DNA from: an uncultured Alphaproteobacteria bacterium
GTDB taxonomy: Bacteria > Pseudomonadota > Alphaproteobacteria > Rhizobiales > Xanthobacteraceae
Assembly (NCBI GenBank): GCA_963775545.1
Contig: CAVZJE010000013.1
Location: 313,028-377,027, forward strand
Length of the DNA stretch: 64,000 nucleotides
Direction: 5' to 3'
This document shows, one piece after another, positions 39,305 through 47,855 of this stretch. A program made the translations under genes and the position numbers. The notes beneath the pieces were generated by a model. That model worked only from the letters and a program-made list of their open reading frames with translations. It was not told where the DNA came from and did no database searches. Within the stretch, counting starts at the first letter, position 1; every line of letters begins with the position of its first letter.

Positions 39305-39871
39305 TTAGCGCGTAAACGTGCCGCCGGGCAGCGGCGCCGGGAATGCCGCGCCTGATTGTTGGGCCGGTGGCGCGGGCTGTGCCGGCTGAGCGCCAGATTG
39401 CTGTCCGTTGGCCGGCTGATCAGGCGGCGGCGCAGTCGTGCGCTGGCGAACGATTTTCTTCTTCGGAGCTGGCGGTGCCGCTGCGGTCGTGTCTTCCTCC
39501 GGCGCGGCCGCGGGGTCAGTGCTCGCAGTTGCCGCCGCTGGTTTCTTCTTGGCGGTCTTTTTCGGTTTGGTCTCGGGAGGCGGCGGGGGCGGCGGGACGG
39601 CCACAGCCCCCTGCGCGTTCTGATCGCCTTCCTGAGCGCCCTTATACAGGGATTTCGGCACACCCTGTTCGAGACCCGGCACGCCATCGGGGAATACCGG
39701 CTTGCGTTCACCGGGTAACTTTTTCTTGGTGTCGATCCAATCAAGCCAATCCATCGGATCGAAGCTGCTCATGTTGCTCGAGCAGCCGGCAATCACTGTG
39801 GACAGTGCGACAAGCACGGAAGCGGCGATCAGACGTTGCAGGCGACGCATGGTCGATTTCTCGTTCAACAC
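39305..39871 (-). CDS. Short Pro/Ala/Lys-rich lipoprotein
   Basis: 188 aa with lipobox LSTVIAGC, a conserved-looking N-terminal segment SFDPMDWLDWIDTKKKLPGERKPVFPDGVPGLEQGVP, then low complexity. Sits between the yfgM-like gene and der. Confidence 0.55.
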   Translation of the reverse strand: MLNEKSTMRRLQRLIAASVLVALSTVIAGCSSNMSSFDPMDWLDWIDTKKKLPGERKPVFPDGVPGLEQGVPKSLYKGAQEGDQNAQGAVAVPPPPPPPETKPKKTAKKKPAAATASTDPAAAPEEDTTAAAPPAPKKKIVRQRTTAPPPDQPANGQQSGAQPAQPAPPAQQSGAAFPAPLPGGTFTR

Positions 39872-39883
39872 GTTTTCCTGTCG

Positions 39884-40537
39884 TCAGCTCTTGGCGACTG
39901 GCGGAAGCAGCGCCTGGAGCGCCTCGGCGCGCGAGCGTAGGCCAGACGGCGTCGCACCATCGTTGGCGATCATGTCGAGCCATTGCCGCGCCGCGGTGGC
40001 GTCATTGGCGCGCCAAGCCGACAAGGCAAGCAATTCACGCGCGCTATGACGGAAGGTCGCGTCCGGCTTGGTGGAAGCCTCCAGCCGCTGCAACATGTTC
40101 GGATAGCTGTCGCTGTCCAGTAGCAGCCCCGCGGCGCGGATCCGCGCCAGGTCCTGCTGCTCGGTGCCAACGCTGCGATCGGTCGCGATCTCATCGTACA
40201 TTTTGGAGCCGGCCTTCGGATCGCGGGTCGCGACCTCAGCCGCCGCGCGCAGCCGCGCCAGTATGCGATATCCCGACGGCGCCGTAGCGGCGATCTTGTC
40301 GAAGGCCGCCTCTGCTTCGGCGTGCTTGTTCTGATCCGACAATTCGATCGCGGCATCAAACGCCGCTCCGGCCGCGGCCGCTTTCTGCGCTTCCAGATAT
40401 TGATAGCCGCGCCAGCCGCCGACGGCGGCGACGATCAGAATCGCAGCTGCGATGATATAGATCGAGTACTGGTCCCACAGCTTCTTGAGTTGCTCGCGGC
40501 GGACTTCCTCGTCAACTTCATCAAATAATTCAGACAC
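39884..40537 (-). CDS. YfgM-like TPR membrane protein
   Basis: 217 aa. N-terminal segment EEVRREQLKKLWDQYSIYIIAAAILIVAAVGGW (single TM) followed by TPR-like helices. Lies adjacent to der, as yfgM does in E. coli. Confidence 0.7.
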   Translation of the reverse strand: MSELFDEVDEEVRREQLKKLWDQYSIYIIAAAILIVAAVGGWRGYQYLEAQKAAAAGAAFDAAIELSDQNKHAEAEAAFDKIAATAPSGYRILARLRAAAEVATRDPKAGSKMYDEIATDRSVGTEQQDLARIRAAGLLLDSDSYPNMLQRLEASTKPDATFRHSARELLALSAWRANDATAARQWLDMIANDGATPSGLRSRAEALQALLPPVAKS

Positions 40538-40741
40538 TTAGAGACACCCCATCCCCGGCCACCCGCGTCCGGAACCCACCGACGCCGTCAATCTGTTTCC
40601 TGATGGCGGCCGCGTTACCTTAGTGATGTGGCGGTGGCAAGGCAAAGCTAGCCCCGTCAAAGCCTTAACGACGCCGATACGGACTTCTGAACGGACCCGC
40701 CTGGCGATCACCCGACCCTTCGGGCCTCCGCAACCCGGTGC

Positions 40742-41566
40742 TCACGCCTTCGTCTTCATGCCGTAAACATGCTCGGGCCCCGGAAATGCGCGCGACCGGA
40801 CATCAGCCGCATAGCCCTGGATCGCCGCCTCAATCATCGGGCCGAGGTTACCGTAACGGCGGACAAATTTCGGGGCACGCGGCGACAATCCCAACATGTC
40901 CTCCAGCACCAAAACCTGACCATCACAGGCCGCACTGGCACCGATGCCGATGGTCGGAATGTCGATCGTCTCGGTGATCTTGCGCGCCAGGGGCTCCGCG
41001 ACCGCTTCGACCACGACCGAAAAGGCGCCGGCCTGCGCAACCGCAATGGCATCGTTTTCGATCGGCTCCCAGCTTCCTTCCTCGCGCCCCTGGGCACGGA
41101 ACGAACCGAGCGTATTGATTGACTGCGGCGTCAGGCCAATGTGGCCCATCACGGGTATGCCGCGCTCGACTAGAAACGCGATCGTCTCCGCCATCCGTGC
41201 GCCACCTTCGAGCTTGATCGCGCCGCAATGGGTCTCCTTCAAGATTCTCACCGCCGAGTGAAACGCCTGCTCCTTCGAAGCCTCGTAGGAGCCGAAGGGC
41301 ATATCGACGACGACAAGTGCATGCTGCGAACCGCGCATCACCGCATGGCCTTGCAGGATCATCATGTCGAGCGTGACCGGCACGGTGGTTTCAAAACCAT
41401 GCATGACATTGCCGAGGGAATCGCCGACCAGAATAACGTCGCAATAGCGGTCGACGAGAGCTGCGGTATGGGCGTGATACGACGTCAGCATCACGATCGG
41501 CTCGCCATTCTTGCGCGCGCGGATATCGGGTGCGGTCTTGCGCTTGATCGCGGCCTGAACTGACAT
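40742..41566 (-). CDS. panB: 3-methyl-2-oxobutanoate hydroxymethyltransferase
   Basis: 274 aa with [16 protein letters not shown] and GHIGLTPQS. Confidence 0.95.
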   Translation of the reverse strand: MSVQAAIKRKTAPDIRARKNGEPIVMLTSYHAHTAALVDRYCDVILVGDSLGNVMHGFETTVPVTLDMMILQGHAVMRGSQHALVVVDMPFGSYEASKEQAFHSAVRILKETHCGAIKLEGGARMAETIAFLVERGIPVMGHIGLTPQSINTLGSFRAQGREEGSWEPIENDAIAVAQAGAFSVVVEAVAEPLARKITETIDIPTIGIGASAACDGQVLVLEDMLGLSPRAPKFVRRYGNLGPMIEAAIQGYAADVRSRAFPGPEHVYGMKTKA

Positions 41567-41567
41567 T

Positions 41568-42170
41568 TTAAACTCCTACGACGGGAACGCCGATTACAAC
41601 GGGATGGAACGCGAAAGCCAGCGCCAGATAGACGACGATGCCGACTGCAACTGCAATCATGTCGTTGCCCCAGCCACCGACCGGGATTGGCGGGCCTCCG
41701 GCATCGGATCGGTGCTTGAGCGAGATACGGTCAAACACCGCCCAGCCAAGGAACGAGCCGAATAGAATAATCGAACCAAGATCGCCGTTGGCCAGCAAAT
41801 GCGCTGCCGCCCACAACTTGACCCCGGCCAGCATCGGGTGCTTGACCGCGGTATAGATGTGGCCGCGCATGAAAGCGGCGACCACCAGAATGACCGCCGG
41901 CAACATCAAGGCGATCGTAATGTGCTTGAGAATGACGAGGGCTTTCGCAGGAACGAGCCCTTCCCAGACGTCAATCATTCCCGCCGCGCGATAATGCGCA
42001 AAACCCCAGGCGATCAGCGCGATCCCAAGGACAGAGACGAGCGCGTAAGCAAGCTTGTAACCGCCCTCGCCCATCGCAGCGATAGTGCGCCCACGTAGTT
42101 CGCGCTGGGCCGGCAAGGTGTGCACGCCGAGAAACAGCGCGAGGCCCAGGATCATCACCGCCAGTCCCAT
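41568..42170 (-). CDS. NnrU family membrane protein
   Basis: ORF 41568..42206, start [19 protein letters not shown] at 42170. Polytopic. Confidence 0.75.
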   Translation of the reverse strand: MGLAVMILGLALFLGVHTLPAQRELRGRTIAAMGEGGYKLAYALVSVLGIALIAWGFAHYRAAGMIDVWEGLVPAKALVILKHITIALMLPAVILVVAAFMRGHIYTAVKHPMLAGVKLWAAAHLLANGDLGSIILFGSFLGWAVFDRISLKHRSDAGGPPIPVGGWGNDMIAVAVGIVVYLALAFAFHPVVIGVPVVGV

Positions 42171-42286
42171 GATGCCGCGTCCCTCCGGATAGCCCCGTTC
42201 GGGCATCGCCTACACGTTCGGGGGCCAAACGGCAATGCGCGAGATCGAGGCCGGGGGTCGTTTTCGCAGGTCGCGGGCCGGCGCGG

Positions 42287-42454
42287 CTAGTGGTCCGATT
42301 CTAACATTTGCATCACGTCTGGCTGGCACTTTTGCAAATGTTGGAATCAAAAGACCACTAGCAAATATAGCTTTCTAGTGGAGTTTTGAATTTGACATTC
42401 GCGTTTCACGCATTTCCGGCTACGGGGTAGCGAATGTCAAATCCACTCCGCTAG
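42287..42454. repeat. CTAG-capped hairpin doublet, locus C
   Basis: CTAGTG 42287-42292, with arm GTCCGATTCTAACATTTGCA pairing TGCAAATGTTGGAATCAAAAGAC, closing CACTAG 42356-42361. Spacer caaatatagcttt. CTAGTG 42375-42380, with arm GAGTTTTGAATTTGACATTCGC pairing GCGAATGTCAAATCCACTCCG, closing CTAG 42451-42454. Confidence 0.85.
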
Positions 42455-43086
42455 GGCGTCGCCTTCTGCTTGTCGATATCGCGGTTATCGACGTAGCGGA
42501 TGGCGATTGGCCGTCCGGCCAGGGCTCCGCCGAGATTGCCGGTGAATTTGAGCGGCATGCACGCGCCGATGGAATCGTTGATCGCCTTGAGATAGGTATC
42601 ACGAACCTCGGTCGGCGTGCCCCGGGTGGCGAACGTCATGCGCGGGGGACCGATCAGATCGCCCGATCGCTTGAAACTGAAACGCACGGTCATCTGCATG
42701 CCCTCTTTCGCCGATTCCGCCGGTGGAGGCGTCCAGCAGGAGCGCAGAGCTGCGAAGAGATCGCCGATATTGTCGAGGTCGTGGTCGGGCTTTTGATATC
42801 GCGGCGTGTCTTCCTCCGACGGCTTGCTCTCGACCGTCAGCTGGAGGTTTTCACCATAGGGATAGTAGATCTCGGGAATACAGGGACCGCGATTGAACAC
42901 ACTGCAAAAGGATGGCGTGCACGGCCGATGGGACAGAACACTGCAAGGCTCATGAGAAAAAGGCGTGGCATTGATCTGGTGGTGCCGTCTTGCGTCGGCG
43001 CTGCCCGAAATGGCCAGTCCTGCAGCAGCAACAACGAAAACGACAGCGATGCGACGGAGCATGCGCAGGGCCCTCAGAAGCAGCAA
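42451..43086 (-). CDS. Hypothetical secreted protein
   Basis: 211 aa. Signal peptide RRIAVVFVVAAAGLAISGSADA, a Cys-rich N-terminal stretch, no family recognised. Its TAG stop is the terminal CTAG of repeat locus C. Confidence 0.5.
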   Translation of the reverse strand: MLLLRALRMLRRIAVVFVVAAAGLAISGSADARRHHQINATPFSHEPCSVLSHRPCTPSFCSVFNRGPCIPEIYYPYGENLQLTVESKPSEEDTPRYQKPDHDLDNIGDLFAALRSCWTPPPAESAKEGMQMTVRFSFKRSGDLIGPPRMTFATRGTPTEVRDTYLKAINDSIGACMPLKFTGNLGGALAGRPIAIRYVDNRDIDKQKATP

Positions 43087-43181
43087 TATAACGCGAAAAC
43101 GAGATGAAGGCTCAGGGTTGTCGCCGTCTGCCCGTTCACATCCTCGCGTGTCGCCCAGTACGCTTCCGGAAGGGCGGGGCG

Positions 43182-44801
43182 CTATGCCTTCTTCTTCACG
43201 TCCTTGATGCTTGAGAAGACAATGCCCTCGGCACGCTCCTTGGTGTAACCGAGATAGAATTCGTTCTTGGCGAGAAACACCGGGTCGCCGTCGACATCAT
43301 CGGCAACGCCAGAACCGTTGGCCACAATAAAGGCCTCGAGCTTTTTGCGGTCGTCGGACGAAATCCAGCGCGCCAACTGGAACTCCGACACCTCGAATTC
43401 CACCGGCAATGCGTATTCCGCTTCCAACCGCGCTTTCAGCACATCGAGTTGCAGTGGGCCGACCACCCCGACCAAAGCCGGCGCGCCGTCGCGCGGCCGA
43501 AACACCTGGACGACGCCCTCCTCCGACATCTGCTGCAACGCTTCCTTGAGTTTTTTGGCTTTCATCGCGTCGGTGAGCCGCACGCGACGGACGATTTCAG
43601 GCGCGAAACTCGGGACTCCAACGAAGGTAAGCTCCTCACCCTCGGTCAGGGTATCGCCGATCCGTAAAGTACCGTGGTTGGGAATTCCGACGACATCACC
43701 GGCAAAGGCTTCGTCTGCCAGCGCGCGATCCTGCGCGAAAAAGAACTGCGGGCTCGAAAGCGACATGTTCTTGCCGGTTCGCACCAGCTTCGCTTTCATG
43801 CCGCGGGTCAGCTTACCCGAGCAAAGCCGCGCAAACGCGATACGATCACGGTGATTGGGATCCATATTCGCCTGGATCTTGAACACGAAAGCGCTCATGC
43901 GCGGTTCGGCGGCTTCCACCTTGCGCAAATTACCTTCCTGCGCACGCGGCGGCGGCGCGAAGCGGCCGAGGCCCTCGAGAAGATCGCCAACCCCGAAATT
44001 GCGCAGCGCGCTGCCGAAATAGACCGGCGTCAGGTGGCCTTCGCGAAACGCGTCGAGCTCGAATGGCTTGCAGGCTTCCGAGACCAGCGCGAGTTCTTCC
44101 TTGACCTCGGCGACATCGAGATTGGCATTGCGGCCGGCCAACTCGGCAATATCGATCTGCTGTGCAGCGCCGGTCTTGGCGCCGCCGCCCTCCAGAAGGC
44201 GCACCCCGCCGCTGGCGAGATCATAGGTGCCCAGGAAATCGCGGCCGCGGCCAACCGGCCAGGTCATCGGCGTCGTGTCGAGCGCCAGCGTCTTCTCGAT
44301 CTCGTCCAGGAGTTCGAACGTGTCGCGGCTCTCGCGGTCCATCTTGTTGATGAAGGTGATGATGGGAATGTCCCGAAGGCGGCACACTTCAAAAAGTTTA
44401 CGCGTGCGCGCCTCGATACCCTTGGCGGCGTCAATGACCATGACCGCGGAATCGACCGCCGTCAGCGTGCGATAAGTATCTTCGGAAAAATCCTCGTGAC
44501 CGGGCGTGTCCAGAAGGTTGAACACGAGGCCGTCGAATTCGAACGTCATCACCGAAGTCACCACGGAGATGCCGCGCTCCCGCTCGATCTTCATCCAGTC
44601 GGAACGGGTATTGCGCCGTTCGCCCTTGGCCTTGACCTGCCCCGCCAGGTTGATGGCGCCGCCAAACAGCAGGAGCTTTTCGGTCAGCGTGGTCTTGCCG
44701 GCGTCGGGGTGTGAGATGATCGCAAAGGTTCGCCGGCGCGCCACTTCGCTTGCGAGCGGCGACGGGGATGAAGAATCAGCGTTGAGGGCGACGTCGGACA
44801 T
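43182..44801 (-). CDS. prfC: Peptide chain release factor 3
   Basis: ORF 43182..44858, start MSDVALNADSS at 44801. G domain RRTFAIISHPDAGKTTLTEK and DTPGHEDF. Confidence 0.95.
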   Translation of the reverse strand: MSDVALNADSSSPSPLASEVARRRTFAIISHPDAGKTTLTEKLLLFGGAINLAGQVKAKGERRNTRSDWMKIERERGISVVTSVMTFEFDGLVFNLLDTPGHEDFSEDTYRTLTAVDSAVMVIDAAKGIEARTRKLFEVCRLRDIPIITFINKMDRESRDTFELLDEIEKTLALDTTPMTWPVGRGRDFLGTYDLASGGVRLLEGGGAKTGAAQQIDIAELAGRNANLDVAEVKEELALVSEACKPFELDAFREGHLTPVYFGSALRNFGVGDLLEGLGRFAPPPRAQEGNLRKVEAAEPRMSAFVFKIQANMDPNHRDRIAFARLCSGKLTRGMKAKLVRTGKNMSLSSPQFFFAQDRALADEAFAGDVVGIPNHGTLRIGDTLTEGEELTFVGVPSFAPEIVRRVRLTDAMKAKKLKEALQQMSEEGVVQVFRPRDGAPALVGVVGPLQLDVLKARLEAEYALPVEFEVSEFQLARWISSDDRKKLEAFIVANGSGVADDVDGDPVFLAKNEFYLGYTKERAEGIVFSSIKDVKKKA

Positions 44802-44898
44802 GGGGCAGCGTTTGACAGGGATAACGGCTCGGATCAAGGAGGGCCGGCGCCACTCCATATAGGGATAGCGCAGCCCGGCTCCAGTCAGGGCCGTCCGA

Positions 44899-45903
44899 TT
44901 AGCGCAGCAATATTACCAGCCAGTAGGCCGCTGCGGCGACCCCGGCAGCAGCCGGAATGGTAATGATCCAGGCGTAGACGATCGAACTCGCCACATTCCA
45001 TCGTACGGCCGAGACCCTCCGCGCGGCGCCAACGCCGACGATGGCCCCGGTGATGGTGTGGGTGGTCGAAACGGGAACCCCGAGGAAGGTGGCAAGGAAC
45101 AGCGTCGCCGCACCACCCGTCTCGGCGCAAAACCCCTGCATCGGCGTCAGTTTGGTGATTTTCAGGCCCATGGTGCGGACGATCCGCCAACCGCCCATCA
45201 ACGTTCCCAGCGCCATCGCCGCCTGACAGGCCAGCACGACCCAAAACGGAATGTAAAATTCCGAGCCGAGCTGGCCTTGCGAAAACAACAGCACCGCAAT
45301 GATGCCCATGGTCTTTTGCGCGTCATTGCCGCCATGGCCGAGCGAATAAAGCGAGGCGGATGCAAACTGCAAGATCCGGAATGCCCGGTCGACCGCGAAC
45401 GGCGTCGAACGGACCGAAGCCCAAGACACAATTACGACTAGCACTAGCGCCAGTAAAAATCCGATCAGTGGCGACAGAACGATCGCCAGCAACGTTTTGA
45501 TCAAGCCGCTCCAGACTGCCGCCGAAAGCCCGGCTTTCGCCATGCCGCCGCCGACGAGCCCGCCAATCAGCGCGTGTGAGCTCGAGGACGGAATGCCCAA
45601 CGCCCAGGTAATCAGATTCCAGACGATGGCGCCGACAAGGGCAGCAAAGATAACGGTCACGTCGATGACGCTGGGATCGATAATGCCGGTGCCGATGGTA
45701 TGGGCGACGTTGAGCCCGAATACCGAAAAGGCCACGAAGTTGAAAAACGCCGCCCAGAACACAGCATATTGCGGGCGCAGCACGCGGGTCGATACGATCG
45801 TTGCGATCGAGTTTGCAGCATCATGCAGTCCGTTGAGAAAGTCGAACAGCAACGCGACAGCGATCAACCCGACCAGAACCGGAAGACCAAGCGCAGCATC
45901 CAC
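44899..45903 (-). CDS. pit: Inorganic phosphate transporter, PiT family
   Basis: 334 aa with NGLHDAANSIAT and GGNDAQKTMG signatures. Confidence 0.9.
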   Translation of the reverse strand: MDAALGLPVLVGLIAVALLFDFLNGLHDAANSIATIVSTRVLRPQYAVFWAAFFNFVAFSVFGLNVAHTIGTGIIDPSVIDVTVIFAALVGAIVWNLITWALGIPSSSSHALIGGLVGGGMAKAGLSAAVWSGLIKTLLAIVLSPLIGFLLALVLVVIVSWASVRSTPFAVDRAFRILQFASASLYSLGHGGNDAQKTMGIIAVLLFSQGQLGSEFYIPFWVVLACQAAMALGTLMGGWRIVRTMGLKITKLTPMQGFCAETGGAATLFLATFLGVPVSTTHTITGAIVGVGAARRVSAVRWNVASSIVYAWIITIPAAAGVAAAAYWLVILLR

Positions 45904-45917
45904 CTGATGGCCCTGCC

Positions 45918-46565
45918 CTATACCTGTTCGATCACGATGCTGTTGATCTCGTTGGCCACATCATCGAAACGATCGGCCACTTTCTCCAGATGGTCGTAGA
46001 TTTCCACGCCGACAATGAAGTCCATAACACTGGCGTGGCGGTGCTTGAGAAAAAGCTCCTTCAGGCCGATATCGTGAAGGTCGTCGACGCGTCCCTCGAG
46101 CTTGGTCAGTTCCTCGGTAATCGCCGTCAGCATCGAGACGTTATTGCCGATCGCCTGAAGCAGCGGCAATGCGCGGCTGACGAGGTTGGAGCAGTCGACG
46201 ATAAGGGTCCCCATCTCGCGCATGGGCGGCTCGAAGGTGCGAACTTCGAACAGAACGACGGCCTTGGCGGTTTGCTGCATCTGGTCGATGGCATCGTCCA
46301 TCGCAGTGATCAGGTTCTTGATGTCACCGCGATCGAAGGGCGTGATGAACGTGCGACGGACCGCGGTCAGCACCTCGCGCGTGATATTGTCGGCATCATT
46401 TTCGAACTGATTGACGCGCTGGCAGAAAACCGGCGTTTCTTCCCCGCCCCGGAGCATGCCTTGTAGCGCCAGCGCGCCCTGTTGGACTGCCTGGGAGTGC
46501 CTGGCGAAAAGATCGAAAAAGCGTTCTTCCTTCGGAAGGAGGGCGCGAAACCACCGCATCAACAT
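45918..46565 (-). CDS. DUF47 / PhoU-like PiT accessory protein
   Basis: 215 aa, helical, FFDLFARH start region. Conserved pairing directly upstream of pit (orfA-pit in Sinorhizobium meliloti). Confidence 0.85.
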   Translation of the reverse strand: MLMRWFRALLPKEERFFDLFARHSQAVQQGALALQGMLRGGEETPVFCQRVNQFENDADNITREVLTAVRRTFITPFDRGDIKNLITAMDDAIDQMQQTAKAVVLFEVRTFEPPMREMGTLIVDCSNLVSRALPLLQAIGNNVSMLTAITEELTKLEGRVDDLHDIGLKELFLKHRHASVMDFIVGVEIYDHLEKVADRFDDVANEINSIVIEQV

Positions 46566-46608
46566 TGGTTATTATGTCCAAATTGCCGAACAGACCGGTC
46601 AGAGCGAC

Positions 46609-46626
46609 CCGTCATAAATCTGTCTT
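46609..46626 (+). promoter_or_regulatory. Pho-box-like direct repeat upstream of the DUF47-pit operon
   Basis: CCGTCAT AAAT CTGTCTT compared with the consensus as I recall it, CTGTCAT-N4-CTGTCAT: 12 of 14 half-site positions. Lies 44-61 nt upstream of ATG 46565, on the opposite strand to the genes. Confidence 0.3.
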
Positions 46627-46723
46627 AGACCATTTTCCGCAATTGCGCGCGGCAGCAGCCCTGTGGAACCCCGTCATCCACGGCTTTGTGACACCGAAAC
46701 GGCCAGTCAAAAACCGCCCCTCA

Positions 46724-46889
46724 CTAGTGTAGCGGTTCAAGAAATCCGCATCGTTTGTGCCACAGGTTGGTCATGCGGACTTCTGAACCAAAGCCACACC
46801 AGATCAATAGTTTGCTAGTGTCCTTTCGATTCCGAAGTTCGAAACGTGGCTCCGTAAAATGCGACGAACTTCGGAATCGGGACACTTAG
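46724..46889. repeat. CTAG-capped hairpin doublet, locus E (near-copy of locus D)
   Basis: CTAGTG 46724-46729 (within CACTAGTG), a decayed left arm TAGCGGTTCAAGAAATCCGCAT opposite ATGCGGACTTCTGAACCaaaGCCACA, closing CACCAG 46797-46802. Spacer atcaatagtttg. CTAGTG 46815-46820, with arm TCCTTTCGATTCCGAAGTTCG pairing CGAACTTCGGAATCGGGA, closing CACTTAG 46883-46889. Confidence 0.85.
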
Positions 46890-47854
46890 AGTGAGCGTCG
46901 AAAATAATTGGCTATTTCGCCTACGATGCCGCGCCGGAACGTCAGCACGCAGGCCACGAAAATTGAGCCCTGGATCACCGTCACCCACGAGCCGAATCCG
47001 GCGAGATATTGCTGGGTTGCGACGATGATGAACGCGCCGATCACGGGCCCGAATACCGTGCCGAGGCCTCCGACCAGCGTCATCAGAACGATCAGCCCGG
47101 ACATCGCGACCTCGACGTCGGACAGCGAGGCGTTCTGAACGACGAACACCTTCAGAGAGCCGGCAAATCCCGCCAGCGTCCCCGACAAGATAAAGGCAAC
47201 CAACTTGTATTGGTCGGTCTTGTAGCCCAGCGAAATCGCGCGCTGCTCGTTCTCACGGATCGATTTCAGCACTTCGCCGAACGGCGAGTTGATCGCACGG
47301 AAGATGACGAGAAAGCCGAACAGGAAATTCGCGACGACGACGTAATAAAGCACCGTCGGTTTCGAGAGGTCCAGGATCCCAAGCAAATGGCCTTGCGGGA
47401 TACCCTGGATGCCGTCCTCACCATGCGTAAACGGCGCTTGCAGATAGATGAAATAGACCAGTTGCGACAGCGCCAGCGTGATCATGGCGAAATAGATGCC
47501 CTGACGCCGGATCGCAACGATACCCGTGATAACGCCAAGCGCCGCCGAAGCCGCCACGCCAATCAGAATGCCGAACTCAGGCGGCAAGCCCCACACCTTG
47601 AGGGCATGGGCCGTGACGTAACCACCGGTACCCAGAAACATCGCATGACCGAACGACAGCAAGCCGCCATAACCGATCAACAGATTGAAGGCGCAGGCCA
47701 GCAGCGCAAAACACAGCGCCTGCATCACGAAGAAAGGATAGAGGTCGGTCAGCGGCACGATTAGCAGCAGCACGGTCATGACCGCGAACGCAATCATCTC
47801 ATCGCGGATCGCGCGCGGGCTTTCCGGTAAGGTATTGTCGGTCATCGCCGTCAT
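46886..47854 (-). CDS. livM: Branched-chain amino acid ABC transporter permease (LivM-like)
   Basis: 322-aa polytopic protein of the LivM family. Its TAA stop lies inside the degenerate cap of repeat locus E. Confidence 0.85.
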   Translation of the reverse strand: MTAMTDNTLPESPRAIRDEMIAFAVMTVLLLIVPLTDLYPFFVMQALCFALLACAFNLLIGYGGLLSFGHAMFLGTGGYVTAHALKVWGLPPEFGILIGVAASAALGVITGIVAIRRQGIYFAMITLALSQLVYFIYLQAPFTHGEDGIQGIPQGHLLGILDLSKPTVLYYVVVANFLFGFLVIFRAINSPFGEVLKSIRENEQRAISLGYKTDQYKLVAFILSGTLAGFAGSLKVFVVQNASLSDVEVAMSGLIVLMTLVGGLGTVFGPVIGAFIIVATQQYLAGFGSWVTVIQGSIFVACVLTFRRGIVGEIANYFRRSL

Positions 47855-47855
47855 C

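Noticed and set aside
42287-42454. The hairpin doublets as mini CRISPR arrays.
   Set aside because: Each locus has only two units. The units are inverted-repeat hairpins rather than direct repeats. The 12-15 nt spacer is conserved between loci, and no cas genes are present.
43674-44714. Long ORFs antisense to or out of frame with confident genes. Examples: 43674..44714 (prfC), 23823..24767 (dnaB), 4611..5525 and 3003..3608 (lptD), 5652..6599 (surA), 7697..8608 (rsmA), 14380..15267 (fabF), 15910..16746 (fabG), 19860..20516 (rplI), 47778..48722 (livH), 50094..50921 and 50767..51621 (livF/G), 62734..63480 (MFS).
   Set aside because: Their compositions are Arg/Ala/Gly/Pro/His-rich and typical of shadow frames in GC-rich DNA. 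Each fully overlaps a gene with clear family motifs, and none shows motifs of its own.
45438-45447. CTAGCACTAG inside the PiT gene as a remnant of the CTAG-capped family.
   Set aside because: It is in frame and encodes part of a TM helix (ALVLV). There are no complementary arms nearby, so it is probably coincidence.
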